Shown here in pieces: positions 1 through 7,967 of a DNA stretch of 28,152 nucleotides. Location: the NCBI GenBank assembly GCA_039630055.1, contig JBCNVN010000020.1, positions 1-28,152 on the forward strand, in the 5' to 3' direction. Position numbers and translations under genes: made by a program. Under the pieces are notes generated by a model. It saw nothing but the letters and a program-made list of their open reading frames with translations. It was not told the DNA's origin and did not search any database. This DNA is from Candidatus Caldarchaeales archaeon. Lineage in GTDB: Archaea; Thermoproteota; Nitrososphaeria_A; Caldarchaeales; Wolframiiraptoraceae. Position 1 is the first letter of the stretch. Each line of letters starts with the position of its first letter.

Positions 1-722
1 GCTGGCACAACAACATAATCTCTGCTGATAGCTTCACCTATCATCTTTAAGTCGCCCCTCATCACACCTACGATTAAATTTGTTAGACTGGCTTGCTGTT
101 TAACCATTAATCTTAGATCAATTTTTTCTGGAAGAAGGCTTCTAGCATACTCTGTCTTATTCTTAGGTAACTTAACCTTAGGTGTAACGAGAACTATGGA
201 GAAATCTATCGATGGTTTTACATTAAATATTCTAGGTTTATCTACGTCTAGTATCATTGTGAAGCCACCGTATAGCGATGGAGCAACATTATCGAGATGG
301 GGTGAGCCGCATGCAACCCTCTCACCTTCAGCAGCCAGCTTAACCAATACTTCCATCGGTAGAATATCTCCCAACAGCTTGTTCATACCATAGGTTGCTG
401 CAGCTGCAGATGCTCCAGAGCTTCCAAGCCCAATACCTATAGGTATATTCTTGATTAACTTCATCTTAAATCCATGTTCTACTTCAGTATACTCTATTAC
501 TTTTAATGCAGATACAGATGCAGAGTTTTCTTCAGGTTTTAAAGCAATATCTACTCCAGTATTATTCACCACTTCAAGCTCGGCCACACCTTTTTCAGTC
601 AACTCTATTCTAACTCTATCTCTGAAACCTTCTATAGCTAACCCTACTATATCGAATCCTGGACCGAGATTTGCAATCGTAGCTGGTGCAGATACTTCAA
701 TAACCTTCAAGTCTAGCAACAT
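1..722 (-). CDS. thrB: Homoserine kinase (3' end runs off the window)
   Basis: Not in the ORF track; translated by hand from ATG at 722-720: MLLDLKVIEVSAPATIANLGPGFDIVGLA...KNIPIGIGLGSSGASAAAA...GSPHLDNVAPSLYGGF. Has the ANLGPGFD, GHMP P-x-G-x-GLGSS and H-x-DNVAP motifs. Confidence 0.95.
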   Translation of the reverse strand, partial: MLLDLKVIEVSAPATIANLGPGFDIVGLAIEGFRDRVRIELTEKGVAELEVVNNTGVDIALKPEENSASVSALKVIEYTEVEHGFKMKLIKNIPIGIGLGSSGASAAAATYGMNKLLGDILPMEVLVKLAAEGERVACGSPHLDNVAPSLYGGFTMILDVDKPRIFNVKPSIDFSIVLVTPKVKLPKNKTEYARSLLPEKIDLRLMVKQQASLTNLIVGVMRGDLKMIGEAISRDYVVVP

Positions 723-806
723 AGATTATTGGGTTATTGATAAATTTGAACTCTAAAGATTTGATAATGTTAATAATATCGTTAAAGGAGGATTCTATGG
801 TATAAT

Positions 807-1766
807 ATGAGTAACGTAGATTATGATGTTATAGTAGTTGGTGCAGGAGTAGCAGGTTTATCAGCTGCACTATATACTTCTAGACAGAAGCTGAGAACAC
901 TCATAATCACTAAAGATGTTGGAGGACAACTAACCCTAACCTCGAATATTGAGAATTTTCCCAGCTACATGAGCATCTCTGGATACGATCTTGCATCTAA
1001 AATTTTACAACAAACACAACATTATGGGGTCGAGATATTTTTCGATGAAGTAGTTGAGTTACAAGATATTGGGGTGTTCATCTTGAAGACTCGCAGCGGA
1101 TATGAGTTGACCTCAGAGGCGGTAATCTTGGCCTTTGGAAAGACTCCTAGAGAGATGAAGGTTCCAGGAGAAGAGAAACTTAAAGGAAAAGGTATAAGCT
1201 ACTGTGCTATTTGTGATGCCCCATTATATAGGGGGAAGACCGTGGCCGTATATGGATGGGGGCCACAAGCTTTTGAAGCAGTCAACTTACTCTGTGAATA
1301 CGATAATAAAGTGTATCTAATTCATAGAGGTAAGAGTAGGCTTGACCCTAAGAGTCTTCCAAGAAACTGTGGAGAAAGATTCGAAGAATTCTCTGAAACG
1401 ATCATCAAAGAAGTTAAAGGTGAGGAGAAAGTAGACTCCATAGTCTTGGAGAGTTTAGCTGATAAGCGTACTTGGGAGCTGAGAGTAGAAGGCGTATTCG
1501 TCGAGCTTGGATACGAGACGAAAACAGATTGGATAAAAAATATCGTTCAACTAAATGAGAATGGAGAGATAGTGATAGACTCACTCTGCAATACTAGTAG
1601 GAAAGGAGTTTTCGCCGCTGGGGATATAACTAATATCCCCTATAAACAGGCTGTGATCTCAGCGGGTCAAGGAGCTATAGCAGCATTATCTGCATACAAT
1701 TATATTCAAGAGAAGAGGGGAGGAGTAAAGATAAAATCCGATTGGAGAGAGCTTCTAAGAGAATAA
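807..1766 (+). CDS. trxB: Thioredoxin reductase-like flavoprotein disulfide oxidoreductase
   Basis: FAD motif VVGAGVAGLSAA, redox CxxC (SYCAICD), C-terminal TSRKGVFAAGD and QAVISAGQG. The NADPH-binding motifs are atypical (see findings). Confidence 0.88.
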   Translation: MSNVDYDVIVVGAGVAGLSAALYTSRQKLRTLIITKDVGGQLTLTSNIENFPSYMSISGYDLASKILQQTQHYGVEIFFDEVVELQDIGVFILKTRSGYELTSEAVILAFGKTPREMKVPGEEKLKGKGISYCAICDAPLYRGKTVAVYGWGPQAFEAVNLLCEYDNKVYLIHRGKSRLDPKSLPRNCGERFEEFSETIIKEVKGEEKVDSIVLESLADKRTWELRVEGVFVELGYETKTDWIKNIVQLNENGEIVIDSLCNTSRKGVFAAGDITNIPYKQAVISAGQGAIAALSAYNYIQEKRGGVKIKSDWRELLRE

Positions 1767-1841
1767 TTAGGATACTATACATAATACAATCTTAGATTGG
1801 GCTCTAACATCTTAATTCTATAGGATAATCATTTTTGTGGT

Positions 1842-2030
1842 TTACGTTAGTAGAGCCGCAATCCCGAAGATTATTATAACTAATAGAAAGCTTATCGTAA
1901 ATATATTTAGTATTGGATAAGTTAATGGAAGTGTTAGTGCAATGTATAAAAAATATCCTGAGATGGCGATAACGATTAGGCAGAGAGCTTTCAAAAATAT
2001 CTTGAAGAATCTTGAAGAACTTATACTCAT
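1842..2030 (-). CDS. Small hypothetical membrane protein (two hydrophobic helices)
   Basis: C-terminal part of ORF 1842..2246 has two TM-like segments. Start more plausibly ATG 2030 (or 2063) than 2246, which would overlap the lysC promoter and leader. Confidence 0.45.
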   Translation of the reverse strand: MSISSSRFFKIFLKALCLIVIAISGYFLYIALTLPLTYPILNIFTISFLLVIIIFGIAALLT

Positions 2031-2157
2031 TCCAGGGCGACCGAGATCAAGAAACACATGCATCTTATTAAACTTCAATAAAAATATTTGAGACTCAAGG
2101 ATACTATAAGAATAATACATATTTATTAGAAGGTGTAGACATGCTTTTAAGAAAACA

Positions 2158-2176
2158 AAGAAATGTTTAATTATAA
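2158..2176 (+). promoter_or_regulatory. Putative BRE/TATA promoter of the leader-lysC-aro operon
   Basis: aagaaatg followed by TTTAATTA (2166-2173), predicting a start near 2196-2198. A second AATTATAA at 2186-2193 could instead give a leaderless start at ATG 2218. Confidence 0.6.
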
Positions 2177-2217
2177 CCCGAAACCAATTATAATCCAGCT
2201 CCAGAGGTAAGGAATCG

Positions 2218-2292
2218 ATGGGATTCCAGAAAAACAGCATCACCAAATCCTTCTACTTCTTCTGGAGCTACTTCTATTTTGCCCTAGCATAA
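2218..2292 (+). CDS. Aromatic-residue-rich leader peptide (24 aa, MGFQKNSITKSFYFFWSYFYFALA)
   Basis: ATG 2218 to TAA 2290-2292; SD-like GAGGT at 2204-2208; codons 12-21 = F Y F F W S Y F Y F; ends 44 nt before lysC, first gene of the aromatic biosynthesis operon. Confidence 0.85.
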   Translation: MGFQKNSITKSFYFFWSYFYFALA

Positions 2293-2339
2293 GCTAGGGC
2301 GCCGAAAAATTCTTCTCTATATCGGGGTGCTCTGGTTTG
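2281..2339 (+). promoter_or_regulatory. Putative attenuator RNA switch (alternative hairpins controlling the lysC ribosome-binding site)
   Basis: GCCCTAGC-ataa-GCTAGGGC (2281-2300, perfect 8 bp) competes with a 14-pair helix 2290-2303/2326-2339 (9 Watson-Crick, 5 G-U) covering most of the SD GGGGTG and the TTG start. Confidence 0.7.
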
Positions 2340-3557
2340 GTTAAGAATATAGTAGTTAAACTGGGTGGATCTGTCTTAAAAGATGTTTCGGCAATAGCAG
2401 ATGCTGCAAACTGGGTTAGGAAGCTGGTTGAGAATGGTTACGGAGTGGTTGTCGTGGTCTCAGCATTGAAGGGAGTAACCGATGAGCTAATAAATACTGT
2501 GAAGAATTTATCGAAGAATCCTGAACCATCTTTGATAGATGAGATACTTGCGATGGGTGAGAGAACTAGTGTAAGACTTTTCGCTCTAGCATTGAGAGAA
2601 CATGGGATAAACACTTTATTCATCGATCCAGCAGATGAAAAATGGCCAATAATAACAAATGATAAACATTTAGACGCTGAGCCAATCTATGAAGAAACAA
2701 GGAAGAAGGTAGAGGAGAAGCTGGTTCCTTTGATACGGGAAGGAGTGGTTCCCGTGATCTGTGGATTCGTAGGCATCACCCGTCAAGGTAAGATAACAAC
2801 ACTAGGTAGAGGTGGAAGTGATACTACTGCAGTTCTACTTGGAAGCTGTCTTGACTCAGAAGAGATAGTATTGGTAAAAGATGTTCCAGGAATATTCTCA
2901 GCGGATCCAGATATTGTTGAAGATGCAAGAATACTTGAGGAACTAGATTTTAAAGAAGTTCAAGCGCTGGTAAGAGGCGGGTCAAAAATAATTCATACAA
3001 AGGCTTTAAGATATTTAAATAGACGACTAAAACTAAGGATCGCAAGTTTAAAAGAATTATTAAGTGATAGAGGAACAATTATCAAAGGATATGATCCAGA
3101 GATAGAGGTTTATGCTCCTCCTATCAGGATAGTGATGGCCACAATAGTTGGTAAGCATTTAGACGGTGTGCAGATATATGAGAAACTGATAGAAAAGCTG
3201 AAAGATCGAGGTATAAGAATAATAGCTCTGACCAGCGAGGAACAATCTCTAATACTATACGTTGAAGAAAAAGATGGGATAATAGGTGACATTCATTCAA
3301 GCCTCGTCTCTACTGACTTGGGTAAAGCCATCAGCTTCTATCAAGACCTAGCGATGCTGGTGATCTCTGGTAGAATGCTCGAGACGAGTCCAGGTATAAT
3401 ATACAAAGTTACCAAACCACTTGCAGAAGCTGGTATAAACATCTATGGACTGCTAACCATAAGTTCATCGATAAGGCTAATAATATCTAGTGGAGATATC
3501 CAGAAGACTAAAGAGATGTTAATAAAGGAATTAGAGAAAAGTGAGGTGAAAGGATGA
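2337..3557 (+). CDS. lysC: Aspartate kinase with C-terminal ACT domains
   Basis: VVKLGGSV, VVVVSA, GER, TTLGRGGSDTTA, DVPGIFSADP motifs; TTG start with SD GGGGTG at 2324-2329. Confidence 0.95.
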   Translation: MVKNIVVKLGGSVLKDVSAIADAANWVRKLVENGYGVVVVVSALKGVTDELINTVKNLSKNPEPSLIDEILAMGERTSVRLFALALREHGINTLFIDPADEKWPIITNDKHLDAEPIYEETRKKVEEKLVPLIREGVVPVICGFVGITRQGKITTLGRGGSDTTAVLLGSCLDSEEIVLVKDVPGIFSADPDIVEDARILEELDFKEVQALVRGGSKIIHTKALRYLNRRLKLRIASLKELLSDRGTIIKGYDPEIEVYAPPIRIVMATIVGKHLDGVQIYEKLIEKLKDRGIRIIALTSEEQSLILYVEEKDGIIGDIHSSLVSTDLGKAISFYQDLAMLVISGRMLETSPGIIYKVTKPLAEAGINIYGLLTISSSIRLIISSGDIQKTKEMLIKELEKSEVKG

Positions 3558-4606
3558 GAACTGTAAAGATTGGAGTACTTGGAGCGACGGGAATGGCTGG
3601 GGTAGAGTATGTAGAGCTACTTGCGAATCATCCATGGTTTAAGATATCCTGCCTTACTGGGAAGAAGAGCGTTGGAAAGAAGTATGGAGATGCAGTAAAA
3701 GCCTTGGTAAATGCTCCTAAAGAGATAGCAGATATAGAGATAGTTGAACCCGATCCGAAGAAGGTTGATGCCGATCTAGTCTTCTCCTCTCTACCTTCAG
3801 AGGTTGCAAGAGAGATAGAAACCAAATTTCTAGAACATGGTTTCCGGATCGTTAGCGAAACCTCAGCATATAGGATGGAGCTTGACGTCCCCTTGATAGT
3901 TCCAGAGATAAATCCAGAACATCTAGATCTAATAAAGATTCAGAGGAAGATTAGGGATGGATTCATAGTGACTACACCTAACTGTACTGCTGTAGGTCTT
4001 GCACTCTCACTCAAACCGATATTAGATAGTTTTGGGATTAGAAAGGTTGTCGTAGCAACTTATCAAGCGGTTACAGGTGCAGGCTTCCCCGGAGTACCAT
4101 CATTCTTGATACTTGGAAACATCATTCCATATATTAAGAAGGAAGAAGAGAAGGTCTCATCAGAGACTAAAAAGATCTTGGGGAGGCTGGACAAGGACAG
4201 GGTCGAGTATGCAAGATTCCCTGTTGAAGCATCATGTGCTAGAGTTCCAACTATTGATGGACATTTAGAAGCAGTCTATGTTGAGACAGAGAAAGATGTT
4301 AAAGTCGATGAGGCTGTTGAAGTATTTAGAAGATTTAGGGGAGAGCCTCAGAAGCTCAACCTACCTACAGCTCCGAGAGAACCTATACTGGTTACAGACA
4401 TCGAGGATAGACCTCAACCTAGATTGGATGTTATGTCTGGAACAGTACCGGGTATGAGCATTGTCGTGGGCAGGGTGAGGAGAGGAGAATCAAGTAATAC
4501 TCTAAAATACTTTGTATTGAGTCATAATAGAATCAGAGGAGCGGCGGGTGTAGCTATCTTGACAGCTGAACTCCTCGCAGTTAGAGGATACTTGGAGGGT
4601 GGTTAA
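3554..4606 (+). CDS. asd: Aspartate-semialdehyde dehydrogenase (archaeal type)
   Basis: LGATGMAG Rossmann motif, catalytic PNCT, RVPTIDGH, HNRIRGAAG; ATGA overlap with lysC. Confidence 0.96.
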   Translation: MRTVKIGVLGATGMAGVEYVELLANHPWFKISCLTGKKSVGKKYGDAVKALVNAPKEIADIEIVEPDPKKVDADLVFSSLPSEVAREIETKFLEHGFRIVSETSAYRMELDVPLIVPEINPEHLDLIKIQRKIRDGFIVTTPNCTAVGLALSLKPILDSFGIRKVVVATYQAVTGAGFPGVPSFLILGNIIPYIKKEEEKVSSETKKILGRLDKDRVEYARFPVEASCARVPTIDGHLEAVYVETEKDVKVDEAVEVFRRFRGEPQKLNLPTAPREPILVTDIEDRPQPRLDVMSGTVPGMSIVVGRVRRGESSNTLKYFVLSHNRIRGAAGVAILTAELLAVRGYLEGG

Positions 4607-5406
4607 TGGTCACTGGTAAACTTGTTAGAATCTCTAGAATAACCTCCAATAACAAGATGCTATGCGTCCCTATGGACCATGGGGTAACGGTTGGTCCGAT
4701 AAAGGGGATAGACCGGATCCATGAAACGATAGAGAAGGTTGAAAGAGGAGGTGCTACAGCGATATTGGTACATAAAGGAATTCTGAAGAGTCTGTTGAAA
4801 CCTCTCAAGTTGGGTTTAATAGTCCATCTATCAGCCTCAACCAGTTTATCTTCAAATCCAAACCTGAAAGTCAGGGTTGGAACCGTAGAAGAAGCAATAA
4901 GACTTGGAGCTGATGCGTTATCACTCCACATCAATGTAGGGAATAAAGATGAACAAGATATGCTGGTCAAGCTTGGAATGATGGCCGATCATTGTGATGA
5001 GTGGGGGATGCCCTTAATAGCGATGATGTATCCGAGAGGGGAGAACATAAAGAACCCAAACGATCCGAATTTGATAGCACATCTAGCAAGGATAGCTGCA
5101 GAGCTTGGAGCAGACATAGTAAAGGTTCCCATGCCCTCGTCAGACCCAGATGAAATTAAACTGATCGTTAGAGGATGCCCAGTGCCTATAGTTGCTGCTG
5201 GAGGGCCAAAACTAGATGATGACCGTCAAGTATTAGAGCTTGCCAATGCTGTGATTATGGCTGGAGGATACGGTATAACATTTGGTAGAAACATCTTTCA
5301 ACATAATGACCCAGAGCTTATCACTAGAGCGCTTAGAAAGATAGTGATCGATGGAGCAGGGGTCGAGGATGCTCTAAAAATACTTAAAGGTGCAGGCCAT
5401 GAATAA
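4606..5406 (+). CDS. aroA': 2-amino-3,7-dideoxy-D-threo-hept-6-ulosonate (ADH) synthase, class I aldolase family
   Basis: PMDHGVTVGP, MYPRG, ELGADIVK Schiff-base lysine, AGGPK, GRNIFQH; adjacent to DHQ synthase II; TAATG overlap with asd. Confidence 0.88.
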   Translation: MVTGKLVRISRITSNNKMLCVPMDHGVTVGPIKGIDRIHETIEKVERGGATAILVHKGILKSLLKPLKLGLIVHLSASTSLSSNPNLKVRVGTVEEAIRLGADALSLHINVGNKDEQDMLVKLGMMADHCDEWGMPLIAMMYPRGENIKNPNDPNLIAHLARIAAELGADIVKVPMPSSDPDEIKLIVRGCPVPIVAAGGPKLDDDRQVLELANAVIMAGGYGITFGRNIFQHNDPELITRALRKIVIDGAGVEDALKILKGAGHE

Positions 5407-6430
5407 ACATATAATACTATACCCGAAAAGTCTAGACAAGAAGATCTTAGATTATGCAGCATCTCTAGGTATAAAAGATGTTTACTATAAAAGCAAAGAA
5501 GTGCCTAGAGAAATTATAGGCTCCTTTAACATATACCTAGAGAAAGAGGATGGAGAAATAGAAGTAATAGGAAGAGATGCGGAGAAAAATGCTGTAAAGA
5601 TTAGAGTAGAAGAAGCTAATGATATTGAAAATGTTTTGAATACTGCACGCTCCGGAGCTAAGATGATACTGGTAGATACACCTTCATGGAAGATTATCCC
5701 CTTAGAGAATTTAATAGCAGAACTTCAAGGTACTGATGTAAGACTATATGCATATAGTCCAAGTCCTGAAGATGTTGAGGCCCTCCTAGGAGTTCTAGAG
5801 AGAGGTGTAGACGGAGTCGTCGTCAATGTAGATGATATTGAAGATGTTGAGAAGCTCTTCGAAATGATTAAAACAATTAGGAGGGTGGACTTGGTTGATG
5901 CTGAGGTTGTAGATGTTGAGAGCATCGGGATGGGTGATAGAGTATGTGTTGATACTGTATCTATACTAGATATGGGCGAGGGGTTGCTGGTCGGCAACAC
6001 TGCACAGTTCTTCTTCCTTGTACATAATGAAAATATTGAGTCGGTTTTCACAGCTCCCAGACCTTTTAGGGTTAACGCTGGAGCAGTACATTCATATGTA
6101 ATGATGCCTGATGGGTCAACCAGGTATCTTTCAGAGATCTCCTCTGGAACAAGAATTCTTATAGTATCGAGAAGTGGTCAAGCAAGGATGGTCACTGTCG
6201 GAAGAGTTAAGATTGAAAAGAGGCCTATGAGATTGATTAGAGCCAGGTTTAAAGATGTGGAAGGATCTGTAATCTTACAAGATGCTGAGACCATCAGGTT
6301 AGTTAAAGGTGGTGACTCATTTATCTCTGTAACAGACCTAAGCCCGGGTGAGAAGATCATAGCGCATATCTCAGAGGTTAAAGCAAGACATTTCGGAAAA
6401 GCAGTCAATGAATTTATCATAGAACGTTAG
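5399..6430 (+). CDS. aroB': 3-dehydroquinate synthase II
   Basis: WKIIPLENLIA, GDRVCVDT, RPFRVNAGAVHSY, LQDAETIRL, ARHFG. Start placed at ATG 5399 behind AAGGTG rather than GTG 5390. Confidence 0.95.
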   Translation: MNKHIILYPKSLDKKILDYAASLGIKDVYYKSKEVPREIIGSFNIYLEKEDGEIEVIGRDAEKNAVKIRVEEANDIENVLNTARSGAKMILVDTPSWKIIPLENLIAELQGTDVRLYAYSPSPEDVEALLGVLERGVDGVVVNVDDIEDVEKLFEMIKTIRRVDLVDAEVVDVESIGMGDRVCVDTVSILDMGEGLLVGNTAQFFFLVHNENIESVFTAPRPFRVNAGAVHSYVMMPDGSTRYLSEISSGTRILIVSRSGQARMVTVGRVKIEKRPMRLIRARFKDVEGSVILQDAETIRLVKGGDSFISVTDLSPGEKIIAHISEVKARHFGKAVNEFIIER

Positions 6431-6432
6431 AC

Positions 6433-7113
6433 ATGAAACCACAGGTCTGCGTAAGCATTAAAGCTAGGACGGTTGAAGAATTAGAATGGAAAGCTAAGAG
6501 AGCCTTAGATATAGGGGGAGACCTGGTCGAGCTCAGATTAGACTACCTTCTCAACCCCTTCGATGAAGACCTAACAAGACTAGTCTTAGACCTTAGTCAT
6601 AGAGTTGTCATAACAATTAGACCTTGGTGGGAGGGTGGAGAGTATCAGGGAGACGAGAGCTCGAGGATAAGTCTGTTTAATGAACTGGCAGAGTTGAAAC
6701 CTGCATATGTAGATTTAGAACTAAGAACTTTAAAGATGAAAGGAGACATTTGTATGAAGGCTCGTAAGATAGTATCATGGCATAGTCTAGACGGTACTCC
6801 GAGTATTGATATTATCAGTAGGACAGTTTACGAGATGCTAAAATTAGGAGACATCTCTAAGATAGTCACAAAGATCAACAATTTTGAAGAAAATTTAAAG
6901 ATCCTTAGACTATATAAAATGTATCCTCCAGAGAGGCTGATAGCATTTGGAATAGGCGAATACGGTATCCTTTCCCGAATACTCTCAATAATAATTGGGT
7001 CACCAATAGTATACTCATGTCTTCCGGGAGAGGAACTAGCTCCAGGTCAACTAACTGTTGGAGAGGTAGTTGAGATCATGCATCTCTTGGAGGATAAGAA
7101 GCTATGGAGATAA
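6433..7113 (+). CDS. aroD: 3-dehydroquinate dehydratase type I
   Basis: VELRLDYL, TIR...EGG, YVDLEL, VSWH, APGQ motifs; operon context. Confidence 0.92.
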   Translation: MKPQVCVSIKARTVEELEWKAKRALDIGGDLVELRLDYLLNPFDEDLTRLVLDLSHRVVITIRPWWEGGEYQGDESSRISLFNELAELKPAYVDLELRTLKMKGDICMKARKIVSWHSLDGTPSIDIISRTVYEMLKLGDISKIVTKINNFEENLKILRLYKMYPPERLIAFGIGEYGILSRILSIIIGSPIVYSCLPGEELAPGQLTVGEVVEIMHLLEDKKLWR

Positions 7114-7967
7114 CCTCGAAGAGTAAGCTTTACTGTTTGATAGGCCATCCAGTCGGGCACTCCATCTCTCCCCAAATACATAATGCTGCCTTCAAATATT
7201 TCAACCTAGACTGTGTTTATCTATCGTTTGATGTTGAGCCTATCCATCTATCTATGGTTGTTAGAGGGTTTAAGGCATTAAAAATCGGCGGTTTCAACGT
7301 TACTATACCACACAAGATATCTATAAGAAGATACATTGATGAACATGATATATCTTCAAAAGAGACCGGAGCAGTAAATACCGTAGTATTAAGAAATAAT
7401 AAATATGTAGGCTATAATACAGATGTTGAAGGAATAAAAAAGTCTCTAGAAGAATTTGAAGATCTAGTAGATGGGAGAGCTTTGATCTTAGGAGCGGGTG
7501 GAGTAGCTAGAGCAGCGGTGGCAGCTTTAAAATCGCTCGGTCTCGAAGAAATAATAATTGCAAATAGGAGATTGATGAGGGCGGCCGCCCTAGTTAGGAG
7601 ATTTAAGGATGAAGGTTTGAAGATGAGGCCTGTACATTTTCATGAAGCGAGAAGATACTCTAAATCCTGCTCTCTCATCATCAATGCAACACCTATAGGT
7701 ATGTGGCCACATATAGATGAAACACCATTAAACTCGAACGATATTTCAAGAGGATCATTAGTCCTCGACCTAGTCTATAACCCGCTAAAGACTAGATTTA
7801 TTGAAGAAGCGAGGAAAGCGGGTGCTAAGATAGTATATGGTTTAAAGCCTCTCATCGAACAGGCGAGAAGATCATTTCAACTATGGACAGGTTTTGAGCC
7901 TCCCCTAGAACTTCTCTGGAAGATAGCTGAGAAACAGCTTAAAGCTTGGGATAAACATGAAGGTTAG
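7104..7967 (+). CDS. aroE: Shikimate dehydrogenase
   Basis: GHSISPQIHN, NVTIPHK, GAVNT, GYNTD, GAGGVARA, NATPIGM, DLVYNP. Confidence 0.96.
   Translation: MEITSKSKLYCLIGHPVGHSISPQIHNAAFKYFNLDCVYLSFDVEPIHLSMVVRGFKALKIGGFNVTIPHKISIRRYIDEHDISSKETGAVNTVVLRNNKYVGYNTDVEGIKKSLEEFEDLVDGRALILGAGGVARAAVAALKSLGLEEIIIANRRLMRAAALVRRFKDEGLKMRPVHFHEARRYSKSCSLIINATPIGMWPHIDETPLNSNDISRGSLVLDLVYNPLKTRFIEEARKAGAKIVYGLKPLIEQARRSFQLWTGFEPPLELLWKIAEKQLKAWDKHEG

Noticed and set aside
196-756. Plus-strand ORFs 196..393 and 451..756
   Set aside because: Antisense shadows of thrB, which has clear motifs on the minus strand.
787-809. GGAGG followed by a two-codon minigene ATG-GTA-TAA (797-805) just before the trxB ATG
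   Set aside because: The likely TATA near 770-777 would start transcription around 800, leaving the SD and mini-ORF largely untranscribed; no supporting structure.
2064-2246. 5' extension of minus-strand ORF 1842..2246
   Set aside because: Runs antisense through the lysC promoter and leader; only the C-terminal hydrophobic part looks like a real protein.
2281-2320. The 2281-2300 hairpin as a classical intrinsic terminator
   Set aside because: It is followed by GCCGAAAAA rather than a U-tract, so it is better explained as an anti-sequestering helix.
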